The position numbers were made by a program, and so were the translations under genes. Under the pieces are notes generated by a model that saw nothing but the letters and a program-made list of their open reading frames with translations, did no database searches and was not told the DNA's origin. DNA of 64,000 nucleotides from Acidimicrobiia bacterium (GTDB taxonomy: Bacteria > Actinomycetota > Acidimicrobiia > Spongiisociales > ZC4RG35), in the NCBI GenBank assembly GCA_965203555.1, contig CBDBCY010000004.1, positions 1,792,001 to 1,856,000 of the forward strand. Direction: 5' to 3'. Below, one piece after another: positions 39,594 to 47,920 of the stretch; within the stretch, counting starts at the first letter, position 1; every line of letters starts with the position of its first letter.

Positions 39594-41057
39594 TTGAACA
39601 GCCACCCGGCATCGACGAATCTTCCCATCACCGACGGCCTGCTGGTGATCGTAAAAGATGAGTGCGAGACCTGCCATCTGACAATTCCGGTGCTGGAGGA
39701 GTTGATCCGGGGAGGGAAATCCCTGGCGGTGGTCTCACAGGACCGGGCAGACTTCCCTCCCGGCATGGAGGTCGTCCACGACCTTGAACTGGACATCTCT
39801 TGGAAGCTATCCGTCGAAACCACCCCCACCATCTACCGAATCGAGAGCGGGGAGGTGGTCGATCAGCAGGAGGGGTGGCTGAGGAACGGTTGGGAAAGAG
39901 TGGCTGCCGTCAGCGACCTGGGACTTGGCCTTCCGGACCAGCGACCCGGATGCGGCTCGGACACCATGTTGCCCGAGACATATCAGCGTCTGATGCGACG
40001 ACACTCCCCTCACCCGCTGGCGTCGCGGCGGGTGGAGTTGGGAAGCTCCGAAGATCCCATGGAAGCGGCCTTCGCCCGCGGGTGGACCGATGGTCTGCCC
40101 GTGACGCCGCCCACCGAGGAAAGGGTGGCCAGGATGCTGCAGGGAACCGACCTTTCCTCCGATCAACTGGTCTGCGTGCTTCCACCCGACCTGGCCGAAT
40201 GCACCGTGGAAAAGGTGGCGATCAACGCGGTGATGGCCGGGTGTCTGCCCGAGTACCTGCCGGTGGTTCTTGCCGCGGTGAGGGCGGCCGCCACCAGTCG
40301 CTTCAACATCCACGGCATCTCGGCCACCACGTACTTCACAGGGCCGGTGCTGGTGGTGAACGGTCCGATCCGCCGACGGATAGGGATGAATTCCGGCATC
40401 AACGCGCTCGGCCAGGGCAACCGGGCGAACATGACCATCGGGCGAGCCCTCAACCTGGTGGTGCGCAACGTGGGAGGCGCCCGACCCGGAGGGGTGGACC
40501 GGGCCGCACTGGGAAGCCCCGGAAAGCTCTCCTTCTGCTTTCCCGAGGACGAAGAGAGGTCACCCTGGGAACCGCTGTCGGTTGAGCGAGGGTTTTCTCC
40601 CGAGGACTCCACAGTCACCCTCTTCGCCGGTCACGGGCCGATCGAGATAGTCGACCAGCGATCCCGCTCTCCCGAGTCATTGGCCAAGACCTTCGCCTGG
40701 CAGTTGCGCATGCTCGGACATCCCAAGATTGCCGGATTGTCCGACGCCATTGTGGTGGTTTCCCCCGAGCATGCTCGTGTTTTCCGGGAAGCGAATTGGT
40801 CCAAGACTCGGCTCCGCCGGGAAATCTTCTCCCTGCTGACTCTTCCCGCCGAACAGATGGCGGCCGGCGCCGACGGAGTGGCGGAGGGTCTTCCTCCTCA
40901 CGTCGCCGCCGTCAAGCAGAAAGTAATGAAATTCGCACCCGACGGACTCTGGTTCGTTCACGCCGGAGGGGATGCCGGCATGTTCTCTGCGATAATCTCC
41001 GGATGGATAGGTGGAGCAGCCAGTTCGCGGATGACGACCGTGGCCATCGAAAGTTGA
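39594..41057 (+). CDS. Thioredoxin-like (CxxC) domain fused to a UGSC-associated domain
   Basis: N-terminal KDECETC, then GWTDGLPVTPPT, TVEKVAINAVMAGC, GNRANMTIGRA. Confidence 0.8.
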   Translation: MNSHPASTNLPITDGLLVIVKDECETCHLTIPVLEELIRGGKSLAVVSQDRADFPPGMEVVHDLELDISWKLSVETTPTIYRIESGEVVDQQEGWLRNGWERVAAVSDLGLGLPDQRPGCGSDTMLPETYQRLMRRHSPHPLASRRVELGSSEDPMEAAFARGWTDGLPVTPPTEERVARMLQGTDLSSDQLVCVLPPDLAECTVEKVAINAVMAGCLPEYLPVVLAAVRAAATSRFNIHGISATTYFTGPVLVVNGPIRRRIGMNSGINALGQGNRANMTIGRALNLVVRNVGGARPGGVDRAALGSPGKLSFCFPEDEERSPWEPLSVERGFSPEDSTVTLFAGHGPIEIVDQRSRSPESLAKTFAWQLRMLGHPKIAGLSDAIVVVSPEHARVFREANWSKTRLRREIFSLLTLPAEQMAAGADGVAEGLPPHVAAVKQKVMKFAPDGLWFVHAGGDAGMFSAIISGWIGGAASSRMTTVAIES

Positions 41058-41068
41058 AGGAACGCCAT

Positions 41069-41581
41069 ATGACCGCATTGCTAGACCCGACCAGCGAACG
41101 AGTAACACATACGCGCTCTTTGAGTCCCCGAATCTCCGATCTCACCACCGGCACGGTCGCTTTGCTGGACATCTCCAAACCCAGAGGCGACGTGTTCATC
41201 AGGAGATTGGAAGAGCTGTTCTCCCAGAGAGGAGTCTCGGTGCGCCATTACCGCAAGCCCACCTTCTCCAAACCGGCGCCGCTCGATCTGCGCCAGCGCA
41301 TCGCCGCCGAGTGCATGGCGGTGGTGGAAGCTTTAGCCGACTGAGGATCGTGCGCGTCGTGCAGTGTGCACGACCTCGTTGATCTTGAAGACCGGGGAGT
41401 TGCCGGAGTGTTCGTGGCTTCTGATCGCTTCGCGCAGGCCGCCGAGACCCAGGGAAAAGCCCTCGGCATGCATCCCCGCCGGGTGCTGACCACCCATCCC
41501 ATCCAGGACCGAAGCGACCAGGAGATGAAGGCTCTCGCCGAGGCCGCCTTCCCGGAGATTCTCTCCGCACTGTCGGCCTGA
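41069..41581 (+). CDS. UGSC-family selenoprotein (TGA 41342-41344 read as Sec, residue 92)
   Basis: The frame is continuous across TGA: ...VEALAD-U-GSCASCSVHD..., and a hairpin follows the TGA. Confidence 0.88.
41345..41375 (+). promoter_or_regulatory. Candidate bacterial SECIS hairpin
   Basis: TCGTGC (41348-53) pairs with GCACGA (41368-73), extended by GCG/TGT wobble pairs, directly 3' of the in-frame TGA. Confidence 0.55.
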
Positions 41582-41584
41582 GCC

Positions 41585-42061
41585 GTGGCGCCTCGGATAA
41601 GCGCCGGGCTGATGGTCTACAGACGCCGCCCCTCCCGGCCCATCGAGGTGCTGCTCGGCCATTACGGGGGGCCGTTCTGGGCTCGGCGCGACCGCGGGGC
41701 CTGGACCGTTTTCAAGGGAAGATCCCACCAGGGCGAAACCCCCTTGGAAACCGCCACCCGCGAATTCGAGGAAGAGACCGGCTGGTCGGCGCCACCGGGC
41801 CCCTGGACGTCACTCCCTCAAGTCAAAGCCGCCAACCAGATCATGAACATCTGGGCGGTGGAAGCCGACTACGACCCGGCCGCTCTCCGACCGGGATTGT
41901 TCACGATGGAATGGCCGCTCCGGTCCGGGAAGTTCCGAGAATTCCCGGAAATCGACCGGGCGCAGTGGTTTTCCGTCCCCGAAGCCCGCCTCAAGATGCC
42001 CGGCAGCCAGGCTGTCCTTCTGGATCACCTGGTCCGGTTACTCGACAATCCTCTTACCTGA
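41585..42061 (+). CDS. NUDIX domain protein
   Basis: KG...GETPLETATREFEEETG Nudix box; EWPLRSG and FPEIDRA subfamily motifs. Confidence 0.9.
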   Translation: MAPRISAGLMVYRRRPSRPIEVLLGHYGGPFWARRDRGAWTVFKGRSHQGETPLETATREFEEETGWSAPPGPWTSLPQVKAANQIMNIWAVEADYDPAALRPGLFTMEWPLRSGKFREFPEIDRAQWFSVPEARLKMPGSQAVLLDHLVRLLDNPLT

Positions 42062-42243
42062 TCCCCTACCTCGAAACAGGCTGGATTACTCCGTATCAAA
42101 ACGGAGACAACACCTCAACTGGTGGATTTCCACCTACCCGCGCGGCCTCTTAGCCGGAACCCTTGGTGAGCAAGCACAACATCTAAACAGTCTATAGATA
42201 TCTATGAAATCTAAAGAATATCTGTCGATATCCCTTCTGCGAT

Positions 42244-42969
42244 GTGGGCAATGGTCTGCTGATAACCGTGGACGAATTGCACACGGCGGACATCGCCGAA
42301 ACGAGACGATTCGGCGCCTTGATCCAAAAGATCACTCGCCGTGGCCAGATGCCTGTGGCATTCGTCGGGGCGGGACTGCCACAACTTCTCGGAGACTTGA
42401 TGCGAGGCGACGCGGCCACCTTTCTCCAACGGTGCCACCGCCTTGAAGTCGGACCTCTCAATCTCCACGTAGCCAAAGAAGTGCTGGCGGAGACCTTTCG
42501 CCTGGGAGGATCGCATATCGGTGGGGAAGCCTTGCACGCCGCGGCGCATGCGAGCTATGGCTATCCCTATATGACCCAGTTGGTCGGATACGAGATATGG
42601 AACGCAACCCGCAACCCTGCCGAAGGCATTGATTCCGCTTCGGCCGCCGAAGGGATCGCCACGGCTCAGCGGGTGAGCGGAGAGCTATTCGTCAAGCCGA
42701 CCTGGGACGCGCTTACAGAAAGAGAGCGCGCCTTTCTGACGGCGATGCTGCCGGATCGAGCCGAAACAACGGTCTCCGACATCGCGAAACGCACCGGTAT
42801 GAGCCCCAAACAAGTGAGCGTCTACCGGAGCAGACTCATCCGTCACGATGCAATCACGGCAACGCGGTACGGGTACGTCACATTTGCCCATTCCGCTGCC
42901 CGCCAATGGCTATCCGCCGAAACGCAGGAAGACGACAACCCGTGGCGCCAACCCCGGTTCTCCTTATAA
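42244..42969 (+). pseudogene. 5'-truncated AAA/P-loop ATPase with C-terminal winged helix
   Basis: Begins at Walker B (LLITVDELH); VGAGLP, GYPYMTQLVG and YRSRLI present; no Walker A upstream. Confidence 0.65.
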
Positions 42970-42979
42970 AATCCATGGA

Positions 42980-43384
42980 ATGAGCGAAAAAAGTGTCCTA
43001 CCCCAAACCGAGGCGGAGTGGCGGGAACGATTGGACCCCATGCAATACCAGGTGCTGCGGGAAGGGGGTACCGAGTATCCCTTCACCGGCGACTACTGGA
43101 ACAGCAAGAGGCCCGGCGTGTATGCCTGCGCCGGATGCGGGATGGAGTTGTTCGACTCGGACACCAAATACGACTCGGGCACCGGGTGGCCCTCTTTCTG
43201 GGAGGCCATGGACCCCGAGCGGATCGAGACCCGCGTCGACACCTCCCACGGCATGGTCCGCACCGAAGTCCTGTGCAAAGCGTGCGGGGGACACCTGGGG
43301 CATTTGTTCCCAGATGGCCCCAATCCGACCGGAATGAGGTATTGCCTCAACTCCTGTTCGTTGGATCTCAAGCCTTCCGAATAG
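42980..43384 (+). CDS. msrB: Peptide-methionine (R)-S-oxide reductase
   Basis: GTEYPFTG, CAGC, SGTGWPSF, CKACGGHLGHLFPDGP, RYCLNS. Confidence 0.96.
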   Translation: MSEKSVLPQTEAEWRERLDPMQYQVLREGGTEYPFTGDYWNSKRPGVYACAGCGMELFDSDTKYDSGTGWPSFWEAMDPERIETRVDTSHGMVRTEVLCKACGGHLGHLFPDGPNPTGMRYCLNSCSLDLKPSE

Positions 43385-43412
43385 CCGAAAATCGGTCACG
43401 AACGGGCCTGAT

Positions 43413-43441
43413 TTGATAATTTGACATTGCGGAAATATGAT
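43413..43441 (+). promoter_or_regulatory. Putative housekeeping promoter of the dnaK operon
   Basis: TTGATA-N17-TATGAT. Confidence 0.6.
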
Positions 43442-43544
43442 ACCCCCTTTGTTAGGTTGTAATAGGTAGACAACCAAAGCGTTCCCTCTCCACCAGGCTG
43501 AGGGGTCCCGCGCCTGAAAGCGAAAACACGGAGGAGTAACAGAT

Positions 43545-45365
43545 ATGGCATCCGCAGTCGGAATAGACCTCGGAACCACCAACAGCGTGATCGCCGCCCT
43601 GGAGGGCGCCGATCCGGTAATCATCGCCAACGCCGAAGGGTCCAGGACCACCCCGTCGGTGGTGGCTTTCAAAGACGGAGAGATCCTGGTGGGGGAAGTG
43701 GCCAAGCGACAGGCCGTCACCAACCCCAACCTCACCGTCCGTTCGGTAAAACGACAGATGGGCACCGACTGGTCGATCGACGCCGACCAGAAGACCTACC
43801 GCGCCCAGGAGATCTCGGCCCGGGTGCTGCTCAAGCTCAAGCGCGACGCCGAGTCCTACCTGGGCGGGACCGTGACCGACGCGGTGATCACCGTCCCCGC
43901 ATACTTCAACGACGCTCAGCGGCAAGCCACCAAGGAAGCCGGGGTCATCGCCGGGCTGAACGTGCTCCGCATCATCAACGAGCCCACCGCCGCCTCACTC
44001 GCCTACGGGCTGGACAAGGAGAACGATCAGACCATCCTGGTCTTCGACCTGGGCGGCGGGACTTTCGATGTCTCCATCCTGGAGATCGGAGACGGCGTTT
44101 TCGAAGTGAAGTCCACCAGTGGCGACACCGGCCTGGGAGGCGACGACTGGGACGAGGCCATCATCGGTTGGCTGAACAAGCGGTTCCGGGATGAGCACGG
44201 CGTGGATCTGGCCGCCGACCGGATGGCCGGCCAGAGGCTGCGGGAAGCGGCCGAGAAGGCCAAGATCGAACTCTCCACCGTGGCGGAGACCGAGGTCAAC
44301 CTTCCTTTCGTCACCGCCACGTCGGCCGGACCGCTGCATTTGCAGTACAAGCTGACCCGTTCGGAATTCCAGAGGCTGTCCGAGCCGCTGCTCAAGCGCC
44401 TGGAGCGCCCGTTCCTTTCCGCCGTCAGAGACGCCGGCGTCAGGACCTCGGAAATCGACCATGTGGTGCTGGTGGGAGGCTCCACTCGCATGCCCGCCGT
44501 CCAGGAGTTGGTCGAACGACTGTCCGGACGCACGCCCCACCGCGGAGTCAATCCCGACGAGGTGGTGGCCGCCGGCGCCGCTATCCAGGCCGGCGTCCTG
44601 AAGGGCGAGGTGAAGGATGTCCTGTTGCTGGATGTCACCCCCCTAACCCTGGGAGTGGAGACCAAGGGGGCGGTGATGACCAAGATGATCGAGCGCAACA
44701 CCACCATTCCCACCCGCCGGTCGGAGATCTTCACCACCGCCGAAAGCAACCAGTCGTCGGTGGAGATCCACGTCCTGCAGGGCGAGCGGGCCATGGCCAT
44801 GGACAACAAGAGCCTGGGCAAGTTCCTGCTGACCGGGATCCCATCCGCCCCGATGGGCATTCCTCAGATCGAAGTCACTTTCGACATCGACGCCAACGGG
44901 ATAGTCAATGTCTCCGCCAAGGACCTGGCCACCGGCAAGCAGCAGGCCATGACCATCACCGGCGGGACCGCCCTCGACAGGGATGAGATCGACAGGATGG
45001 TCGAAGACGCCGAGCAGTACGAGGAAGAGGACCGTCAGAAGCGAGAGGCCGTCGAGACCCGCAATCAAGCCGATCAACTGGTCCACCAGACCGAAAAGCT
45101 CATGGAGGAGCAGAGCGAGCAACTGACCGAAGAGGAGAAGACCGCTCTGGAATCTGCCCTCTCCGATCTGCGTGCGGTGTTGGAGAACCAGAATGCCGAC
45201 TCGGCAGCGGTGCGCGAGAAGATGGAGGCGGTCATCTCCGCCAGCCAGCAGATGGCCACCCGTCTCTACCAGGAGGCTGCCGTCCAAGCCCAGCAGAGCG
45301 ACGACGACACGGGTGGCGACGACGATGTGGTGGAAGCCGAGATCATCGAGGACGAGGACCAGTAG
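43545..45365 (+). CDS. dnaK: Chaperone DnaK
   Basis: [32 protein letters not shown]. Confidence 0.99.
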   Translation: MASAVGIDLGTTNSVIAALEGADPVIIANAEGSRTTPSVVAFKDGEILVGEVAKRQAVTNPNLTVRSVKRQMGTDWSIDADQKTYRAQEISARVLLKLKRDAESYLGGTVTDAVITVPAYFNDAQRQATKEAGVIAGLNVLRIINEPTAASLAYGLDKENDQTILVFDLGGGTFDVSILEIGDGVFEVKSTSGDTGLGGDDWDEAIIGWLNKRFRDEHGVDLAADRMAGQRLREAAEKAKIELSTVAETEVNLPFVTATSAGPLHLQYKLTRSEFQRLSEPLLKRLERPFLSAVRDAGVRTSEIDHVVLVGGSTRMPAVQELVERLSGRTPHRGVNPDEVVAAGAAIQAGVLKGEVKDVLLLDVTPLTLGVETKGAVMTKMIERNTTIPTRRSEIFTTAESNQSSVEIHVLQGERAMAMDNKSLGKFLLTGIPSAPMGIPQIEVTFDIDANGIVNVSAKDLATGKQQAMTITGGTALDRDEIDRMVEDAEQYEEEDRQKREAVETRNQADQLVHQTEKLMEEQSEQLTEEEKTALESALSDLRAVLENQNADSAAVREKMEAVISASQQMATRLYQEAAVQAQQSDDDTGGDDDVVEAEIIEDEDQ

Positions 45366-45368
45366 GCA

Positions 45369-46001
45369 GTGGACTCTTCTCATGACACCGAACAGGCAGT
45401 GGATTCGAATCCCCCACTGGAGACAGTCACTGCCGAAGAAGTGGAGATCATGATGGAACAGGACTCGGAGGGGTCGGATGCCGGCCTCTCCGAAGAAGGG
45501 GATGACACCCCCGATCCCGACCAGAGTCTGACCAAGGCGCTGGATGACCTCCGAGAGGCGGAGCAACGGGCGAAGACAGCCCACCAGTCCTACCTCAGGG
45601 CGGTGGCCGACCTGGACAACTATCGCAAGCGCATGCGGCGGGAAAGGGACAACATCGTCGTCCAGGCGGTCGCACGCACGGTGGGGTCCCTCCTTCCGGT
45701 GCTGGACAGCTTCGACGCCGCCCTGGGCCTGCAGGCCGAATCCGAGCAGGGCGAGAGCGTCCTGTCCGGAATGAGAGCGACCTACGACCTGTTGCTGGGG
45801 ACCTTGCAAAACCAGGGCCTGGAGATCATCTCCACCGCCGGGGAGGAATTCTCTCCCCGGGTCCACGAACCGATCAATGCCCCCCCGCCCGGAGAGGGCG
45901 ACTTGATTGTCGCCGACGAAGTCCGGCGCGGGTACCGGTTGAAAGGCCGGCTGTTGCGGGCGGCGTTGGTAATGGTGACCAGAAGGAGCGAATCCGGATA
46001 G
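45369..46001 (+). CDS. grpE: Nucleotide exchange factor GrpE
   Basis: ADLDNYRKR, LLPVLD, GYRLKGRLLRAALV; position in the operon. Confidence 0.96.
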   Translation: MDSSHDTEQAVDSNPPLETVTAEEVEIMMEQDSEGSDAGLSEEGDDTPDPDQSLTKALDDLREAEQRAKTAHQSYLRAVADLDNYRKRMRRERDNIVVQAVARTVGSLLPVLDSFDAALGLQAESEQGESVLSGMRATYDLLLGTLQNQGLEIISTAGEEFSPRVHEPINAPPPGEGDLIVADEVRRGYRLKGRLLRAALVMVTRRSESG

Positions 46002-47114
46002 ATGAACCGCGACTGGGTGGACAAGGACTTCTATCAGACCCTGGGCGTGGGCAAGGCCACTTCGGCTGACGATATCAAGCGCGCCTATCGGAAGCTGGCC
46101 CGCCGGTACCACCCCGACGCCAATCCCGGAGACGACGGCAAAGCGGAGAAGTTCAAGGAAATCTCCGAGGCCTACTCGATCCTCTCCGATCCCAAGCGGC
46201 GTAAAGAATACGACGAGGTCCGCCGGGTGGTCGAGTCGGGTGGATACCGCCACTTCCCCGGCGCAGGCGCCGGCCACGGCTCTCCCTTCGGCGGGCAGGT
46301 CAACCTGGAAGACCTGCTGGGTGGATTCGGCGACCTGTTCGGCGGCGGTAGGCAGCAGGCCGGTGCGGGAAGGGGCCCTGATCTCACCGCCGGTCTCAGA
46401 CTCACCTTCGAGGAGGCATTGGAAGGAACGACGAAATCGATTGCGGTCAAAGGCCAGTCATCCTGTCCCGACTGCAGGGGAACCGGGGCCCGGGCGGGCA
46501 GCGCGCCTGACATCTGCCCCCTCTGCTCCGGCCAGGGCGCCGTCGTCCAGAACCAAGGGCTCTTCTCCTTCAGCCGCCCATGCCACCAATGCCGGGGATC
46601 GGGAAAGTTTATCCGGGATCCATGCCCCGGATGCCGGGGAAGGGGCGCCCGTCACCGGAGCCGGAAGGTACGGGTAAAGGTGCCGCAGGGGGTCAGGGAC
46701 GGGGGCCGGATCAAGATCAGGGGCAAGGGCGGCCCCGGCCGGTCGGGCGGGCCGCCCGGTGACCTGATCGTACAAGTGGAAGTGGAGGCCCATCCGCTCT
46801 TTGAGCGAAACGGCAAGAATCTCAACCTGGTCCTGCCCCTCACCTACACCGAGGCCGCCCTGGGGGCAACCCTGGAAATCCCGACCCTCCACGGATCGGT
46901 CAAGCTGCGCGTCCCACCCGGAACTAATAGCGGAAAGACCTTCCGAGTCCGGGGAGGAGGAGTCCCGACCAGGAAGGGCAGAGCCGGCGACCTGCTCGTG
47001 GAAGCCAGGGTGGAGACTCCCAGGCGGGTAACCAGGAAGCAACGGCAACTGCTGGAGGATCTCGCCGAATTGGACCGGCAAGATATACGCTCCCACTTCG
47101 CGGTGAACAAATGA
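46002..47114 (+). CDS. dnaJ: Chaperone DnaJ
   Basis: J-domain HPD and four CxxCxGxG repeats. Confidence 0.97.
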   Translation: MNRDWVDKDFYQTLGVGKATSADDIKRAYRKLARRYHPDANPGDDGKAEKFKEISEAYSILSDPKRRKEYDEVRRVVESGGYRHFPGAGAGHGSPFGGQVNLEDLLGGFGDLFGGGRQQAGAGRGPDLTAGLRLTFEEALEGTTKSIAVKGQSSCPDCRGTGARAGSAPDICPLCSGQGAVVQNQGLFSFSRPCHQCRGSGKFIRDPCPGCRGRGARHRSRKVRVKVPQGVRDGGRIKIRGKGGPGRSGGPPGDLIVQVEVEAHPLFERNGKNLNLVLPLTYTEAALGATLEIPTLHGSVKLRVPPGTNSGKTFRVRGGGVPTRKGRAGDLLVEARVETPRRVTRKQRQLLEDLAELDRQDIRSHFAVNK

Positions 47115-47563
47115 GCCGTCGCCAGGAAGCCTTGTTCGTGATTTCGGTGGCCGCCCGGCTGTCAGGCATGCATCCTCAGACCCTGCGCATCTACGAACGG
47201 CGCGGGCTGGTGGCGCCTTACCGCACCGAGGGCGGCACCCGTCGCTATTCCCAGGAGGACATCGACCGGTTGCTTTTGATCAGCGAACTCACCTCGGCCG
47301 GACTCAACTTGGAGGGAGTGAGGATGGTCATGGAATTGCGGGATGAGATCTCGGCGATACGAAAGGAACGCCGAAGAGGACAACGCCAACTGGAACTTCT
47401 GGCCGGCGCCGCCGGTCGGGCGGCTCAACTCGAAGCGGAAAACCAACGGCTGCGAGCCAAGATCCGGGAGTTGGACGACCGGTTGGGCGCCGTGTCCGGG
47501 GAATTGGAAGGCCTTCGCCGCATCTATTACCGGAATTTCCCCACTCCGGGCGACAGCGGATAG
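47111..47563 (+). CDS. hspR: Heat-shock repressor HspR (MerR family)
   Basis: VISVAARLSGMHPQTLRIYERRGL...GGTRRYS, directly after dnaJ. Confidence 0.95.
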   Translation: MSRRQEALFVISVAARLSGMHPQTLRIYERRGLVAPYRTEGGTRRYSQEDIDRLLLISELTSAGLNLEGVRMVMELRDEISAIRKERRRGQRQLELLAGAAGRAAQLEAENQRLRAKIRELDDRLGAVSGELEGLRRIYYRNFPTPGDSG

Positions 47564-47583
47564 CGGCTAATCTCTATTGTCCT

Positions 47584-47865
47584 GTGAGCGACTTCTATCG
47601 AGGGATCCTGCGGGTTATGGACCCCAACGGATTCCTGCTTGATATCGGAGCGGCCGACCTTCGGATCGACGATCCCGCCAGGAATACTTGGAGCGGTGGC
47701 CTGACTGTGTCAAAAGGTTCCTGCCTGGACCGCAAGAGCCTGACCGTCCTGGTCGAAACGGCCGAAGGAACCCGTTCTCTGGCGCAGATCAGCCCTGCTA
47801 CCGAACCCGACCGCGGCCGTTTTGTCAAGATGGATGTGGCGGGTCTGGGGACCCCGCCCTTCTAG
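47584..47865 (+). CDS. Hypothetical protein
   Basis: 93-aa ORF filling the gap, ending GLGTPPF. Confidence 0.55.
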   Translation: MSDFYRGILRVMDPNGFLLDIGAADLRIDDPARNTWSGGLTVSKGSCLDRKSLTVLVETAEGTRSLAQISPATEPDRGRFVKMDVAGLGTPPF

Positions 47866-47920
47866 CCCACCACCCGGGCAACGCTCGTTCTCCCCATCCA
47901 CATGGAGACAGTGGCGTAAC

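Noticed and set aside
42998-46277. Long ORFs antisense to dnaK/grpE
   Set aside because: Antisense open frames opposite dnaK are a well-known artefact of codon bias.
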